DNA of 64,000 nucleotides from Deltaproteobacteria bacterium (GCA_012729375.1 JAAYDE010000004.1:3528-67527), one strand, 5' to 3'; shown: positions 1-10,012, counted from the stretch's first letter. Numbers and translations: made by a program. Notes: a model not told the origin generated them from the letters alone.

Positions 1-206
1 TTTGGTGTAAAAAACAACCAATTTGTTAAATTTTTTGCATTTATGCTCTCTTATATTTGTCTAATGAATAGAATATATCAATTAGAATTAATTCATAAAT
101 TCTGGGGGTTGAGTGACGGGATTTTTTTGGCTTTGCCGGGGGGCTGGCAATACAAAGGTTTTTAACCTTTTAAGCCTTCATTGTCATCCTTTCTTTCAGG
201 GTCCTG

Positions 207-932
207 TTAGATTCCGTAGGGGGAAATGATGTACCCGTAAACGGCTAAATAGTGGCAGACGCTTCCCGCCAACACAAACAGATGCCAGACGGCGTGGTGG
301 AAAAGGAGCTTTTTCCAGGCGTAGAATATCAATCCGAAGCTGTAGAACAGACCCCCCGCCAAGAGCAGCAGCAGGCCCGGCAAGGGGATCAGTTCCATGG
401 CCGGTTTGATGGCCAGGATGATCAGCCAGCCCATGAAGAGATAGATCAGCGGCGCCACGATCTTGAAGCGGTGGACGAAAAAGATTTTGAAGACAACCCC
501 GGCTACCGTGAGACTCCAGACGATCGCGAACAACGTCCATCCCCAGTTTCCCCGCAGCGTGACCAGCGTGAAAGGGGTGTAGGTTCCGGCGATGAGAAGA
601 TAGATGGTGGAATGATCGATGATGCGGAACAGATCGCTCCAGCGCAGGTGAAACTTGAACAGATGGTAGCAGGTAAATGCCGCGTAAGAAATGACCAGGC
701 TCGTGCCGTAGATGGTGAAACTCACCAGATGCCAGCCGTTGCCATGGCGTAAGGCATGAACAACCAGCAGAGCCAGGCCGGGAAGGCTCAGGAAAAAACC
801 CAAGGAGGCCGTGGCCGTGTTGAAGATCTGCGTGGGTTTGTAATAGCGCGGGTCCATCGTTCCGGGAAAAAGGGGTTTAATTGCCGGTGAAATTGGATGA
901 TTTGCCGCAATTCTAGCAAATTTATCCTTCAT
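207..932 (-). CDS. Hemolysin III / PAQR-family integral membrane protein
   Basis: ORF 207..1001 (-). I prefer the internal ATG at 930-932 (MKDKFARIAANH...). About seven hydrophobic spans and a C-terminal His-rich HlyIII-type motif (LFHHAVWHLFVLAGSVCHY). Confidence 0.8.
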   Translation of the reverse strand: MKDKFARIAANHPISPAIKPLFPGTMDPRYYKPTQIFNTATASLGFFLSLPGLALLVVHALRHGNGWHLVSFTIYGTSLVISYAAFTCYHLFKFHLRWSDLFRIIDHSTIYLLIAGTYTPFTLVTLRGNWGWTLFAIVWSLTVAGVVFKIFFVHRFKIVAPLIYLFMGWLIILAIKPAMELIPLPGLLLLLAGGLFYSFGLIFYAWKKLLFHHAVWHLFVLAGSVCHYLAVYGYIISPYGI

Positions 933-1041
933 CGGGTACGCTGATGCCGGGTGGTTCTGTACATCTAAGTTGTGCGTACGAATAAAAAGATACAGCACCA
1001 TCTATAGTATGATCTGTTTTTCAACTAAAAAGAGAGACCGA

Positions 1042-1863
1042 ATGCTTCAGAAAAAAATGATCGAACGTTTCAGCGGGGTTTTACGGAAGGATGAACGAAT
1101 AGTCGCGGCATTGATGTTCGGCTCCTTTGCTATCGGAGAGGGTGACGTCTTCTCTGATATCGAATTTGCAGTGTTTATTAAAGATAATTCATTTAAGAAC
1201 TTCGATCAGCGCTCGTTGCTTAATGTCGTCAGTCCGGTGGCAGCTTATTTCCCGGATGACTTCGGCCACTTCACCGCACTTTTTGAAAACGGCATTCGCG
1301 GTGAATTTCACTTCCTGCGCGAATCCGCCATACCGATCATTTCCACCTGGCAAGGCCACGGGTGGTTTCCCTCCCTTGATGCGGCTGTTCTGCTGGACCG
1401 ATCCGGCGAGTTGTCACAATACGCGAAGGTTCTCGTGGGCGGTCCTCCGGAACGGGGAGGCACGACCCTTGTCGAAGGACTCGCTTTGAACCTTATCAAC
1501 CTGATGCTTTTTGGGGCCAATCTTCTCAACCGGGGTGAGTATGCCCGCGCCTGGGCTATGCTCGGCAAAGCCCATGAAAACCTGCTCAAACTGGTTCGGC
1601 TCTACGAAGGGTCAACAGATCATTGGCCGACACCTTCACGGGCATTGGAAAAGGACCTTTCTGCGGTCGCGTATGATCGTTATCTGGCATGCACAGGCAG
1701 CGCAGAATCGACAGCCCTATACACGGCATATGGCGAGTCGTGGAAGTGGAGTCTCGAATTGTTCCAAACTGTTGTAAGACCCCTGCGTATCGAACTGCCG
1801 AGAACAGCGATTGAACAGGTACAAAGGTTGCTCGGTGGTTGTGCGTCGTCGCACAACAAGTAA
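1042..1863 (+). CDS. lnu: Lnu(F)/Lnu(G)-like lincosamide nucleotidyltransferase homologue (pol-beta NTase fold)
   Basis: ORF 970..1863. ATG at 1042 gives 273 aa starting MLQKKMIERF. NTase motif FGSFAIGEGDVFSDIEFAVFI. Blocks PVAAYFPDDFGHFTALFENGIRGEFHF, LLNRGEYARAW and DHWPTPSRALEKD match my memory of Lnu(F)/LinG. The alignment was not run. Confidence 0.6.
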   Translation: MLQKKMIERFSGVLRKDERIVAALMFGSFAIGEGDVFSDIEFAVFIKDNSFKNFDQRSLLNVVSPVAAYFPDDFGHFTALFENGIRGEFHFLRESAIPIISTWQGHGWFPSLDAAVLLDRSGELSQYAKVLVGGPPERGGTTLVEGLALNLINLMLFGANLLNRGEYARAWAMLGKAHENLLKLVRLYEGSTDHWPTPSRALEKDLSAVAYDRYLACTGSAESTALYTAYGESWKWSLELFQTVVRPLRIELPRTAIEQVQRLLGGCASSHNK

Positions 1864-2162
1864 ATCCAGCGGCAACCGTTCCGGTGCCGCCGATTGCCAA
1901 GTTGGGCATCAAAGGGGCAATCATGCCACTCAGGGGGAAACCACTGACCGTGTTTGAAATATTTTAAATCCTCGAAAAACAAAGAATACCCCGCTATACT
2001 CACAGTAATTAATTACGAAATGTATTCCTATTGAAACCACCTCATGGAGACAAAAAAGAACCCAATGATTTTGAAACTGGTGAAGCGGGGTAGGCATGGG
2101 GTGGGAATTTTCCCCTTGGAAATAACATTAAAATTGACTTATTTGGGTTGCGGAGGTGGGCA

Positions 2163-2528
2163 ATGTACCAGTTTTTATCGGAGGCCGGGGGTATCATCGG
2201 CTTTGCCATCGAAGGCACCGGCATCCTGTTCATCGGGGCCGGGTTTTGTTACGCCTTTTTTTCCGCGATCCGCAACAAATCGGCGAAAAACAAAGAAGAA
2301 CTCCTGCGGGAGTTCCGCCATGATATCGGCTTGAGCATGCTGGTGGGGCTCGATTTTCTGGTGGCCGGCGATATCATTCGAACCGTTACCGTGGTTCATT
2401 CCCCCATGGGGGTGCTCAGCCTGGGCCTGATCGTGCTGATCCGTACCCTGCTGGTATTTACCATTCACCTGGAGGTCGAGGGCCGTTGGCCGTGGCAAGC
2501 GAAGCTTTCCAAACAAGGTGATCCCTGA
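2163..2528 (+). CDS. DUF1622-type small membrane protein
   Basis: ORF 2148..2528, ATG at 2163 (MYQFLSEAGG...). Hydrophobic spans and a C-terminal LVFTIHLEVEGRWPWQ block that I recall as typical of DUF1622. Confidence 0.6.
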   Translation: MYQFLSEAGGIIGFAIEGTGILFIGAGFCYAFFSAIRNKSAKNKEELLREFRHDIGLSMLVGLDFLVAGDIIRTVTVVHSPMGVLSLGLIVLIRTLLVFTIHLEVEGRWPWQAKLSKQGDP

Positions 2529-2897
2529 TTTGTCTCCGCTGTGTTTATTCCCGTCCCGAAAGATTTCCCAGGATATCCCTCCCGCGTCTGCATGATCTTC
2601 CACCGCCCTGAGGTTTGCCGTCACCGGCGGCGCATTTTGCGCCGGTTTCATTGACCCAGGAGAGATCGCTCCGTGGGAGGGGATGTCATGACGGAGCGTG
2701 GCGGGAACCAGCGCCCGCAATAAAACCGGCCCCAGAAATTTTCTTGTTGATTCTGTCGGCAAGGGCGGATATTCCTTATCTTTGTTTTTCCGGAGGGGGG
2801 CGATTGGCGTGCCCCTCGTTTTTTGTGTCAAAATTACGACGGATAAGGTTAAAAATTTTGGCGAATTTTTATTGGTTTTCCTCGGTTGCCCGGAACG

Positions 2898-4835
2898 ATG
2901 ATCCACGTCAGAGATATTTCTAAAGATTTCGGCAGCCGCGAGATCCTTTCCGGAGTGTCCTGGTTTATCGGCGCCCGGACGCGCATCGGTTTGTGCGGTC
3001 CCAACGGGGCGGGAAAGACGACTCTGCTGCGGATTTTGGCCGGCGATCTGGAAGCCGATCGGGGGGCGGTCGACAAGGTCAAAGGGACGACCATCGGCTA
3101 TCTGCCCCAGTTGGTTGAGGCTTTCAGTGAAAACTCCCTTTTTGCCGAGGTGCGTTCCGCTCTGGAGGATCTGGAAAATCTGGAAAAGGAACTGAAGGGC
3201 CTCGAAAAGAGCATGGCCAGCCATTCCGACGAGGAGCGGATGGCGCGTTACGCGGAACTGCAGGAGCTGTTCCGGCTCCGCGGGGGCTACACCATGGAGT
3301 CGGACACGGGGCGGGTTCTCGACGGCCTCGGCTTCGCCCGCCAGGATTGGGAGCAGCCCTGCAACAGCTTCTCCGGCGGCTGGCAGATGCGCATCGCCCT
3401 GGCCAAGCTGTTGTTGCAGCGCCCCCACCTGCTGCTGCTGGACGAACCGACCAACCATCTCGACCTGCCGACCCGGGAGTGGCTGGAATCCTTCCTCCAG
3501 AACTATCCTTTCAGCCTGGTGGTGGTCTCTCACGACCGCTATTTTCTCGACCAGGTGGTGGAAAGGATCGTCGAGGTCTGGAATGGCGCCCTCCACGAAT
3601 ATACCGGCAACTACAGTGCCTACCTGGTGGAGCGCCAGCGCCGCATCGACTCGCTGCGGGAGGCCAAACGTCGTCAGGACGAGGAGATCGCCCGCATCGA
3701 GAACTTCATCAACCGTTTTCGCTATCAGGCCAACAAGGCCCCTCTGGTGCAGAGCCGGATCAAACAGCTGGAAAAGATCGACAGGATCGATCTGCCGCCT
3801 GTTCCCAAAAAAATCGGCTTCCGCTTTCCTGCCGCTCCCAAGGGGGGCAAGGATGTGCTGCGCTTCTCCGGCATCGGCCACGGCTACGGGACGCTGACGG
3901 TTCTGGAGAATATCGATCTGTTGATCAGCCGCGGGGAGCGGGTGGCTTTAGCGGGCCCCAACGGGGCCGGCAAGTCGACGCTGATGAGGCTTTTGGCCGG
4001 GGTCGAAGCGCCGCGTCAGGGGGAGCGGTGCGAAGGGGAGGGGCTGCGGATCGGCTACTTCGCCCAAAACCAGGCGGCGCATCTCGATTCGCGGCGCACG
4101 GTTCTCGACGAGATCAGCGCGGAAGCCCCCTTCGACATGGTCCCCAAGCTGCGCAACCTGTTGGGCGGCTTCCTTTTTTCCAACGACGACGTGGACAAGA
4201 AGATCGCTGTCCTCTCTGGGGGTGAGCGCAATCGCCTGGCTTTCGCCAAGTTGCTGCTGCGGCCGCGCAATCTGCTGTTGCTCGACGAGCCGACCAACCA
4301 CCTCGATATCGATTCCAAGGAAGTGCTTCTCGACACGCTGCGCCATTACGAAGGCACCCTGGTCTTCGTTTCCCACGACCGCTACTTTGTCGATCAACTG
4401 GCCACCCGCGTGCTGGAGGTGGGGCACGGGCGGGTTCTTTCCTATCCCGGCAATTACGGTGATTTTCTGCGCAGCAAGGAGGGGGAAGGAAATGCCGGCC
4501 ACAGCCAGGAGCGGGTCGAATGCCGCGGCCCGCTTGCGGAGACGGCATCGCGGGTCGAGGTGAAGGCCGAGCGCAGACAGGAGCACCGCGAGCGCCGGGA
4601 GGCGCAGCGGGAAGAGCGCAAGCGTCTGCGGGAAATCGACGTCATCGAGGAAACCATCGCCGCGCAGGAGGAGGAATTAGCCGCCCTGGAGAAGCTGCTG
4701 GCCGATCCCGTCCTTTATGAGGACCAGGAGCGCTTTGCCGAGACCCTTCACCGCCATGGGGATCTGCGCGCCGAGGTGGACAGCCTTTACCGGCGCTGGG
4801 AAGAATTGCAGAAAGTTGTGGATGGCCAAGGGTAG
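2898..4835 (+). CDS. ABC-F family ATPase (Uup/YheS-like; two NBDs plus charged C-terminal coiled coil)
   Basis: Two Walker A motifs (GPNGAGKTT, GPNGAGKST), two signatures (FSGGWQMR, LSGGERNR), two Walker B motifs (LLLLDEPTNHLD). No TMD. C-terminal R/E-rich helix. ATG at 2898 preferred over TTG at 2886. Confidence 0.9.
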   Translation: MIHVRDISKDFGSREILSGVSWFIGARTRIGLCGPNGAGKTTLLRILAGDLEADRGAVDKVKGTTIGYLPQLVEAFSENSLFAEVRSALEDLENLEKELKGLEKSMASHSDEERMARYAELQELFRLRGGYTMESDTGRVLDGLGFARQDWEQPCNSFSGGWQMRIALAKLLLQRPHLLLLDEPTNHLDLPTREWLESFLQNYPFSLVVVSHDRYFLDQVVERIVEVWNGALHEYTGNYSAYLVERQRRIDSLREAKRRQDEEIARIENFINRFRYQANKAPLVQSRIKQLEKIDRIDLPPVPKKIGFRFPAAPKGGKDVLRFSGIGHGYGTLTVLENIDLLISRGERVALAGPNGAGKSTLMRLLAGVEAPRQGERCEGEGLRIGYFAQNQAAHLDSRRTVLDEISAEAPFDMVPKLRNLLGGFLFSNDDVDKKIAVLSGGERNRLAFAKLLLRPRNLLLLDEPTNHLDIDSKEVLLDTLRHYEGTLVFVSHDRYFVDQLATRVLEVGHGRVLSYPGNYGDFLRSKEGEGNAGHSQERVECRGPLAETASRVEVKAERRQEHRERREAQREERKRLREIDVIEETIAAQEEELAALEKLLADPVLYEDQERFAETLHRHGDLRAEVDSLYRRWEELQKVVDGQG

Positions 4836-4991
4836 TGTCCGCGCCGCCTTGCCGGGTTGTTTCCGGCCTCTTCGGAATTGCCTGCGGGTGCGGAAAAACC
4901 CCTGTTTCAAAAGGATTTGCCAGTTGCGGGAGGTAGGGCCCTGTGCTATGAATAAAATCCTCGCCAACGGCGGAAGGGAGGATTTGTCGCC

Positions 4992-5828
4992 ATGTTTGCC
5001 ATCGATGAAGTGATCCGCAACGCCCTGCGGGAGGATATCGGCGCGGGCGATGTCACCACCCGGGTGACCGTCGATGCCGCCACCTCCGCCCAGGGGGAAC
5101 TTCTGGCCAAGGAGGAGTTCCTGGTCGCTGGCCTCGAGGTGGCGCGGCGGGTTTTCTCTCTGGTCGACGCCGAGATTCGCTTCGATACCGGGTTCCGCGA
5201 CGGCATGGCCGTCGCCGCAGGGCAGGTGTTCGCTCTCGTTTCCGGGCGCGCCGTTTCGATTCTCCAGGGGGAGCGGGTGGCTCTCAACTTTTTGCAGCGG
5301 CTGAGCGGTATCGCCACCTTGACCCGCCAGTTCGTCAAAGCGGTGGAGGGGACCAAGGCGTCCATCGTCGATACCCGCAAAACCACCCCCGGTCTGAGGA
5401 TGCTCGAAAAATACGCGGTCCGCGTCGGCGGCGGGCGCAATCATCGTTTTTCCCTGGCCGACGGCATCCTTATCAAAGAGAACCACAGCCGCGCCGCTGG
5501 GGGCATTGCCGTGGCCGTCGGCCGGGCGCTGCGGGAGGCCCCCCATCCCCTGCGTGTCGAGGTGGAGGTTGCCACCCTGGAAGAGACGGCCGAGGCCCTG
5601 GCCGCTGGCGCCGACATCCTGCTCCTCGACAACATGACCCCGCATCAGGTGCGGCAAGCCGTTGAACTGGTGGCTGGAAAAGCCCTGGTGGAGGTATCCG
5701 GCGGGGTTAACCTGGCGACGGTCCGTTCTCTGGCGGAATGCGGCGTCGATTTCATTTCCGTGGGCGCGCTGACCCACTCGAGCCGGGCGATGGACATCAG
5801 CCTTCTTTTCGACACCTCCTTTCCGTGA
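4992..5828 (+). CDS. nadC: Nicotinate-nucleotide diphosphorylase (carboxylating), quinolinate phosphoribosyltransferase
   Basis: 278 aa. Blocks IVDTRKTTPGLRMLEKYAVRVGGGRNHR and LLLDNM are typical of NadC. Confidence 0.9.
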   Translation: MFAIDEVIRNALREDIGAGDVTTRVTVDAATSAQGELLAKEEFLVAGLEVARRVFSLVDAEIRFDTGFRDGMAVAAGQVFALVSGRAVSILQGERVALNFLQRLSGIATLTRQFVKAVEGTKASIVDTRKTTPGLRMLEKYAVRVGGGRNHRFSLADGILIKENHSRAAGGIAVAVGRALREAPHPLRVEVEVATLEETAEALAAGADILLLDNMTPHQVRQAVELVAGKALVEVSGGVNLATVRSLAECGVDFISVGALTHSSRAMDISLLFDTSFP

Positions 5829-5842
5829 CGGGGCAGCTCACC

Positions 5843-6688
5843 ATGGATGGGCCGGACGATCTGCGTTTGCTTACCGCTGTCGGCGCTGTTGACAGGCGGT
5901 GTGTCGGCGGCGCTGTCATTTATCTGGAAAGTACCGATTCCACCAACCTGCAGGCCCGCCGTTTGGCCGAGGGAGGGGCACCCGAAGGAACCCTGGTCAT
6001 CGCCGACGAGCAGACCGCAGGCCGCGGCCGGATGGGACGCAGCTGGGCGTCGCCGCCGGGGGTAAACCTCTATCTTTCCCTGGTGCTGCGGCCGCCTATA
6101 GCGGCCCATCAGGCGCCCCAGGTCACGCTGCTCTCTTCTTTAGCCGTCGCCGAGGCCGTGGAATCCTGTTTCGGTTTGGCCGCAGAGGTCAAGTGGCCCA
6201 ACGATGTGTTGGTGGGCGGCCGGAAAATCGCCGGCCTTCTCGGGGAAATCGCCGCCTCCATGGCCGGAGTGGATTTCATCATTCTGGGCATGGGCATAAA
6301 CGTCAATATGGATTGCCGCCAGCTGCCGCCGCGCCCGCTCTACCCGGCCACTTCGATCGCCATTGAAAAAGGGGAGAAAGTGGCCCGCCTGCCGCTGGCG
6401 GAACAGGTGCTGGCGCGTCTCGATTTTCATTACGGTGTTTTCCTGAAAGAGGGGTTCGCGCCTGTTCGGCGCCTTTGGCAGGAACGCTGCGCCATGCTCG
6501 GGCGGCGCATCGAGGTCGACAACGGCGGAGACATCATCCGCGGAGAAGCCTTTGCCATCGACGAGGGCGGCGCGTTGCTTCTGCGCCTGCCGACAGGGCG
6601 CGTCGAGCGGCTGCTGAGCGGCGATATTTTATCGGTTGCTCCGCTTTCGGAGCGCTGTTCACGAATCGGCAGGACGGATGCCGGGTAA
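5843..6688 (+). CDS. birA: Biotin--[acetyl-CoA-carboxylase] ligase (class I, no N-terminal HTH)
   Basis: GRGRMGRSW biotin-binding motif and KWPNDV block. ATG at 5843. An alternative GTG at 5825 would overlap the nadC stop. Confidence 0.85.
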   Translation: MDGPDDLRLLTAVGAVDRRCVGGAVIYLESTDSTNLQARRLAEGGAPEGTLVIADEQTAGRGRMGRSWASPPGVNLYLSLVLRPPIAAHQAPQVTLLSSLAVAEAVESCFGLAAEVKWPNDVLVGGRKIAGLLGEIAASMAGVDFIILGMGINVNMDCRQLPPRPLYPATSIAIEKGEKVARLPLAEQVLARLDFHYGVFLKEGFAPVRRLWQERCAMLGRRIEVDNGGDIIRGEAFAIDEGGALLLRLPTGRVERLLSGDILSVAPLSERCSRIGRTDAG

Positions 6689-6769
6689 AAGGTGACGAGT
6701 CCCTTAAAGGCAGCTTGCCGCTGGTTTTGGAGCGGACGGCCAGCGATCCATGAGCGAAGGGTTGGGATC

Positions 6770-7549
6770 ATGCTTCTTGCTTTCGATGTCGGCAACACCA
6801 ATATCGTACTGGGGGTTTTTCGAAGTGGTGAACTCCGCCACAGCTGGCGCATCACCTCCGTCAAATTCCGCACCGACGACGAATACGCCATCGTCATCCG
6901 CAGCCTGTTCCAGTTCGGCGGCATTGATCTGGAGGATATCGGCGCCACTATCATCTCTTGTGTTGTTCCTCCTGTTCTCAACCCTTTGAGCGAGTTCTGC
7001 CGGCGCTATCTCCACCATAACCCCTGCATCGTTGGTCCCGGTGTCAAAACCGGCATGCCGATTCTCTACGAGAATCCTCGGGATGTGGGCGCGGATCGCA
7101 TCGTCAATGCGGTGGCCGCCTATGAGGAGTACCGGCGTTCGGTGATCGTGGTCGATTTCGGCACCGCCACCACCTTCGATTTCGTCAGCCCCCGGGGCGA
7201 ATATCTGGGGGGCGCCATCGCGCCGGGGCTGAGTATCTCCTCCGAGGCACTCTTCAGCAAGGCAAGCAAACTGCCCAGGGTCGAACTGGCCCAGCCTCCC
7301 CAGGTCATCGCCCGCAACACCGTCAACAGCATCCAGGCCGGCCTTTTCTTCGGCTACGCCGGTCTGGTCGACGGCATTGTCAACCGCATGAAGAAAGAGG
7401 CCGGGGAGGATTCCTTCGTGCTCGCCACCGGCGGTCTCTGCGACGCCATTGCTGCGGCCTCGGAGACCATCGATCGCAGCGATCCTTATCTGGCGCTGAA
7501 GGGTCTGCGTCTCATCCATGAACGCAACAAAGGCGCCGCGGCGGAATAA
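6770..7549 (+). CDS. coaX: Type III pantothenate kinase
   Basis: MLLAFDVGNTN N-terminus and VVDFGTATTFD block. ATG at 6770 within ORF 6692..7549. Confidence 0.9.
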   Translation: MLLAFDVGNTNIVLGVFRSGELRHSWRITSVKFRTDDEYAIVIRSLFQFGGIDLEDIGATIISCVVPPVLNPLSEFCRRYLHHNPCIVGPGVKTGMPILYENPRDVGADRIVNAVAAYEEYRRSVIVVDFGTATTFDFVSPRGEYLGGAIAPGLSISSEALFSKASKLPRVELAQPPQVIARNTVNSIQAGLFFGYAGLVDGIVNRMKKEAGEDSFVLATGGLCDAIAAASETIDRSDPYLALKGLRLIHERNKGAAAE

Positions 7550-7677
7550 GTGACTGTTCAAAGACGGGAATTTTTGCTTTAATAGGCAGGTTATAAGCGA
7601 ATTTTTCGCATATTTTCATGAAGGATGCCTGGAAAAGCCGCAAGAAACGTCGGTTTCAGGCTACGAAAGGAGAATGA

Positions 7678-9759
7678 ATGGGCAAGTGTTCTAGGGACAA
7701 ATTGCGGAATCTTGGCATTGTCGGTCATGGGGGTTGCGGCAAAACCACTCTGGCTGAGACACTTCTTTACATGACCGGTGTGACCGACCGCCTGGGCAGG
7801 GTCGATGACGGCACCTCGGTCATGGATTACGAGCCGGAAGAGGTGAAGCGCAAACTGACCATCAGTTCCAGTCTCAATCACTTAGATTGGAAAGGGACCA
7901 CCTTCAATATTATCGACACCCCCGGGTTCACCAACTTCCTCCACGACACCCGTGACTCCCTCAGCATCATGGACGGTGCCCTGCTGGTGGCGCCGGTAAT
8001 AGGCGGGGTCAAGGCCCAGGCGATCAAGATCTGGGAATGGGCCAATGACTTCCAGGTCCCGCGGGTGATCTTCGTCAACCAGATGGAAAGGGAAGGGGCC
8101 AATTTCGAACCGGTGGTGAAGGAACTTTCCGAAGCTTTCTCCACCCACGCCGTAGCCGTCACCATGCCGATCGGCGCCGAAGCCAATTTCAAAGGCGTGA
8201 TCAATCTGATCACCATGAAAGCCTATACCTACGATGATGCCGGCGGCAAAGGCAGGGAGGGGGAGATCCCCGCTGAGTTGAAAGATGAGGCCGAGACGAT
8301 GCGGGTGGAGTTGATGGAGGCTGTTTCCGAGGCCGACGACGCCCTCATGGAAAAATATCTGGAAACCGAGGAACTCTCCAGTGAGGAGATCCTCGACGGG
8401 CTCAAAAAAGGGGTTCGCAACTGTCTGCTGACGCCGGTTCTCTGCGGCAGCACCCTGGCCAACAAGGGGCTTGACCAACTCCTCGATTGTCTCGCTTTCT
8501 GTGTTCCTTCCCCCGCCGATCGCAAGCCGGTGATCGGCAAGTCCCTCAAAGGGGATGTCGAGGAGGAACGCCCCTGTGATGAGCAGGCGCCTTTCGCCGC
8601 CCGCGTTTTCAAAACCATCAGCGACCCTTTTACCGGCAAACTGACCCTTTTTCGGGTCTATTCCGGGACGCTGAAGAGTGACTCCAGCGTTTTCAACCCC
8701 AACCGTGACGCCTCCGAGAGGGTCGGTCAGCTCTTCCAGCTGGAAGGAAAGAAACAGAAGCCCATCGAGGAAGCCCTGGCCGGGGATATCATCGCCGTCG
8801 CCAAGCTCAAGGCCACCTGCACCGGCGACACCCTCTGCGATGCCGCCAAGCCGGTCCTGTTGCCGGCGCCGGCGCCGATGAGCCCGGTCATTTCCTTTGC
8901 TCTCCAGGCCCAGAGCAAGGGCGACCAGGACAAGATTCACAGTGGTTTGCAGCGCCTCATCGAAGAAGACCCGACCCTTCAGGTGCAGCGCGACGAGGAA
9001 ACTCATGAGTTGATCCTCTCCGGTATGGGCCAACTCCATCTGGAGGTGGCGGTGGAGAAGCTGAAGCGCAAGTTCGGTGTCGGCGTCGAGCTCAAGGAGC
9101 CCAAGGTCCCCTACCGGGAAACCATCAAGGGGAAAGCCAAGCTGCAGAGCAAGTACAAGAAGCAGTCGGGCGGCCGTGGCCAGTATGCCGATGCCTGGAT
9201 CGAGGTCGAGCCCAAGGAGCGGGGCGGCGGTTATGAATTTGTCGACAAGATTGTCGGCGGGGTCATTCCGCGCCAGTACATTCCGGCCGTCGACAAAGGG
9301 ATACAGGAAGCGGCCGTGAAAGGGATCCTTGCCGGGTTCCCGGTGGTCGACTTCAAGGTCACCCTCTTCGACGGTTCCTACCACGATGTCGACTCCTCCG
9401 AGATGGCTTTCAAGATCGCCGGTTCCATGGGTTTCAAGAAGGCCATGGAACAGGCCAACCCGATACTTCTCGAGCCCATCGTGCGCATGGATATCACCGT
9501 GCCCGATGAATGCATGGGGGATGTCATCGGCGATATCAACTCGCGCCGGGGCCGGGTCCTCGGTTTTGAGGCCAAAGGCGGCAACCAGGTGATCAGCGTC
9601 AACGTGCCGATGGCGTCGGTTCTGAAGTATTCTTCGGAACTCGGCTCCATGACCTCCGACCGGGGTCTTTTCACCATGGAGTTCTCCCATTATGAGGAGG
9701 TGCCCGCCCAAATGGCGGAGAAGGTGATCGAGCAGCTCAAACGACAACAGGAAGAATAA
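7678..9759 (+). CDS. Elongation factor G paralogue (EF-G2 type)
   Basis: 693 aa. G1 motif GHGGCGKTT (the EF-G2-like GHxGxGKTT rather than AHIDAGKTT), DTPG, and EF-G domains II-V recognisable. AGGAG lies 4 nt upstream of the start. Confidence 0.9.
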   Translation: MGKCSRDKLRNLGIVGHGGCGKTTLAETLLYMTGVTDRLGRVDDGTSVMDYEPEEVKRKLTISSSLNHLDWKGTTFNIIDTPGFTNFLHDTRDSLSIMDGALLVAPVIGGVKAQAIKIWEWANDFQVPRVIFVNQMEREGANFEPVVKELSEAFSTHAVAVTMPIGAEANFKGVINLITMKAYTYDDAGGKGREGEIPAELKDEAETMRVELMEAVSEADDALMEKYLETEELSSEEILDGLKKGVRNCLLTPVLCGSTLANKGLDQLLDCLAFCVPSPADRKPVIGKSLKGDVEEERPCDEQAPFAARVFKTISDPFTGKLTLFRVYSGTLKSDSSVFNPNRDASERVGQLFQLEGKKQKPIEEALAGDIIAVAKLKATCTGDTLCDAAKPVLLPAPAPMSPVISFALQAQSKGDQDKIHSGLQRLIEEDPTLQVQRDEETHELILSGMGQLHLEVAVEKLKRKFGVGVELKEPKVPYRETIKGKAKLQSKYKKQSGGRGQYADAWIEVEPKERGGGYEFVDKIVGGVIPRQYIPAVDKGIQEAAVKGILAGFPVVDFKVTLFDGSYHDVDSSEMAFKIAGSMGFKKAMEQANPILLEPIVRMDITVPDECMGDVIGDINSRRGRVLGFEAKGGNQVISVNVPMASVLKYSSELGSMTSDRGLFTMEFSHYEEVPAQMAEKVIEQLKRQQEE

Positions 9760-9790
9760 AAGAAACCTAATCATATCCTTCGGTTGTGAC

Positions 9791-9821
9791 AAAACGGGCG
9801 GCTTTGCCGCCCGTTTTGTTT
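9791..9821 (+). terminator. Rho-independent terminator after the EF-G2 gene
   Basis: ACGGGCGGC-TTT-GCCGCCCGT (9-bp GC stem) followed by TTTTGTTT. A second weaker hairpin plus T6 follows near 9836-9862. Confidence 0.8.
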
Positions 9822-10012
9822 CTGGTTCCTGCAGCGGCGAGGCGGCACGCCTGCCTTTTTTGTTCTCAGCGAACGAGAATTGTCCCTTTTCCCCGGGGAA
9901 AAGAGGCTCTTCTTTGGAAATAAGATAAAATTCTCTTTATAGGACCAAGGGGCACAAAGTTTTTGTTTTTTTATACTGACCGGAAGTCTGTTAGGAAAGG
10001 GAATTGCATAAG

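Noticed and set aside
1864-1930. An integron attC-like site downstream of the lnu-like gene (GTTGGGC fits the GTTRRRY core, and there is a GATTGCC...GGCAATC inverted repeat).
   Set aside because: No matching inverse core (RYYYAAC) lies at the expected position. There is no integrase or attI, and a 7-mer degenerate match is expected by chance. It is more simply a weak 3' hairpin.
2175-3881. Very long ORFs antisense to real genes: 2175..3881 (-), 7882..9792 (-), 15011..16978 (+), 26512..30156 (+), 39364..41769 (+), 60431..62572 (+), 55558..57114 (-) and many more in the track.
   Set aside because: Each lies opposite a gene with unambiguous family motifs (ABC-F, EF-G, SSF-PP2C, GH94, PPDK_N protein, GroEL, GlcD). 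Their translations are low-complexity and rich in G/A/R/P/D, as expected for stop-poor antisense frames in high-GC DNA. None shows a recognisable motif.
2898-4835. The ABC-F ATPase as an antibiotic-resistance (ARE, Lsa/Vga-like) partner of the neighbouring Lnu-like gene.
   Set aside because: It has host-like high GC and a Uup/YheS-like length with a charged C-terminal coiled coil. It is separated from the lnu-like gene by another gene and heads a housekeeping block (nadC-birA-coaX). Nothing in the sequence distinguishes it as an ARE-type ABC-F, though only a phylogeny could exclude that.
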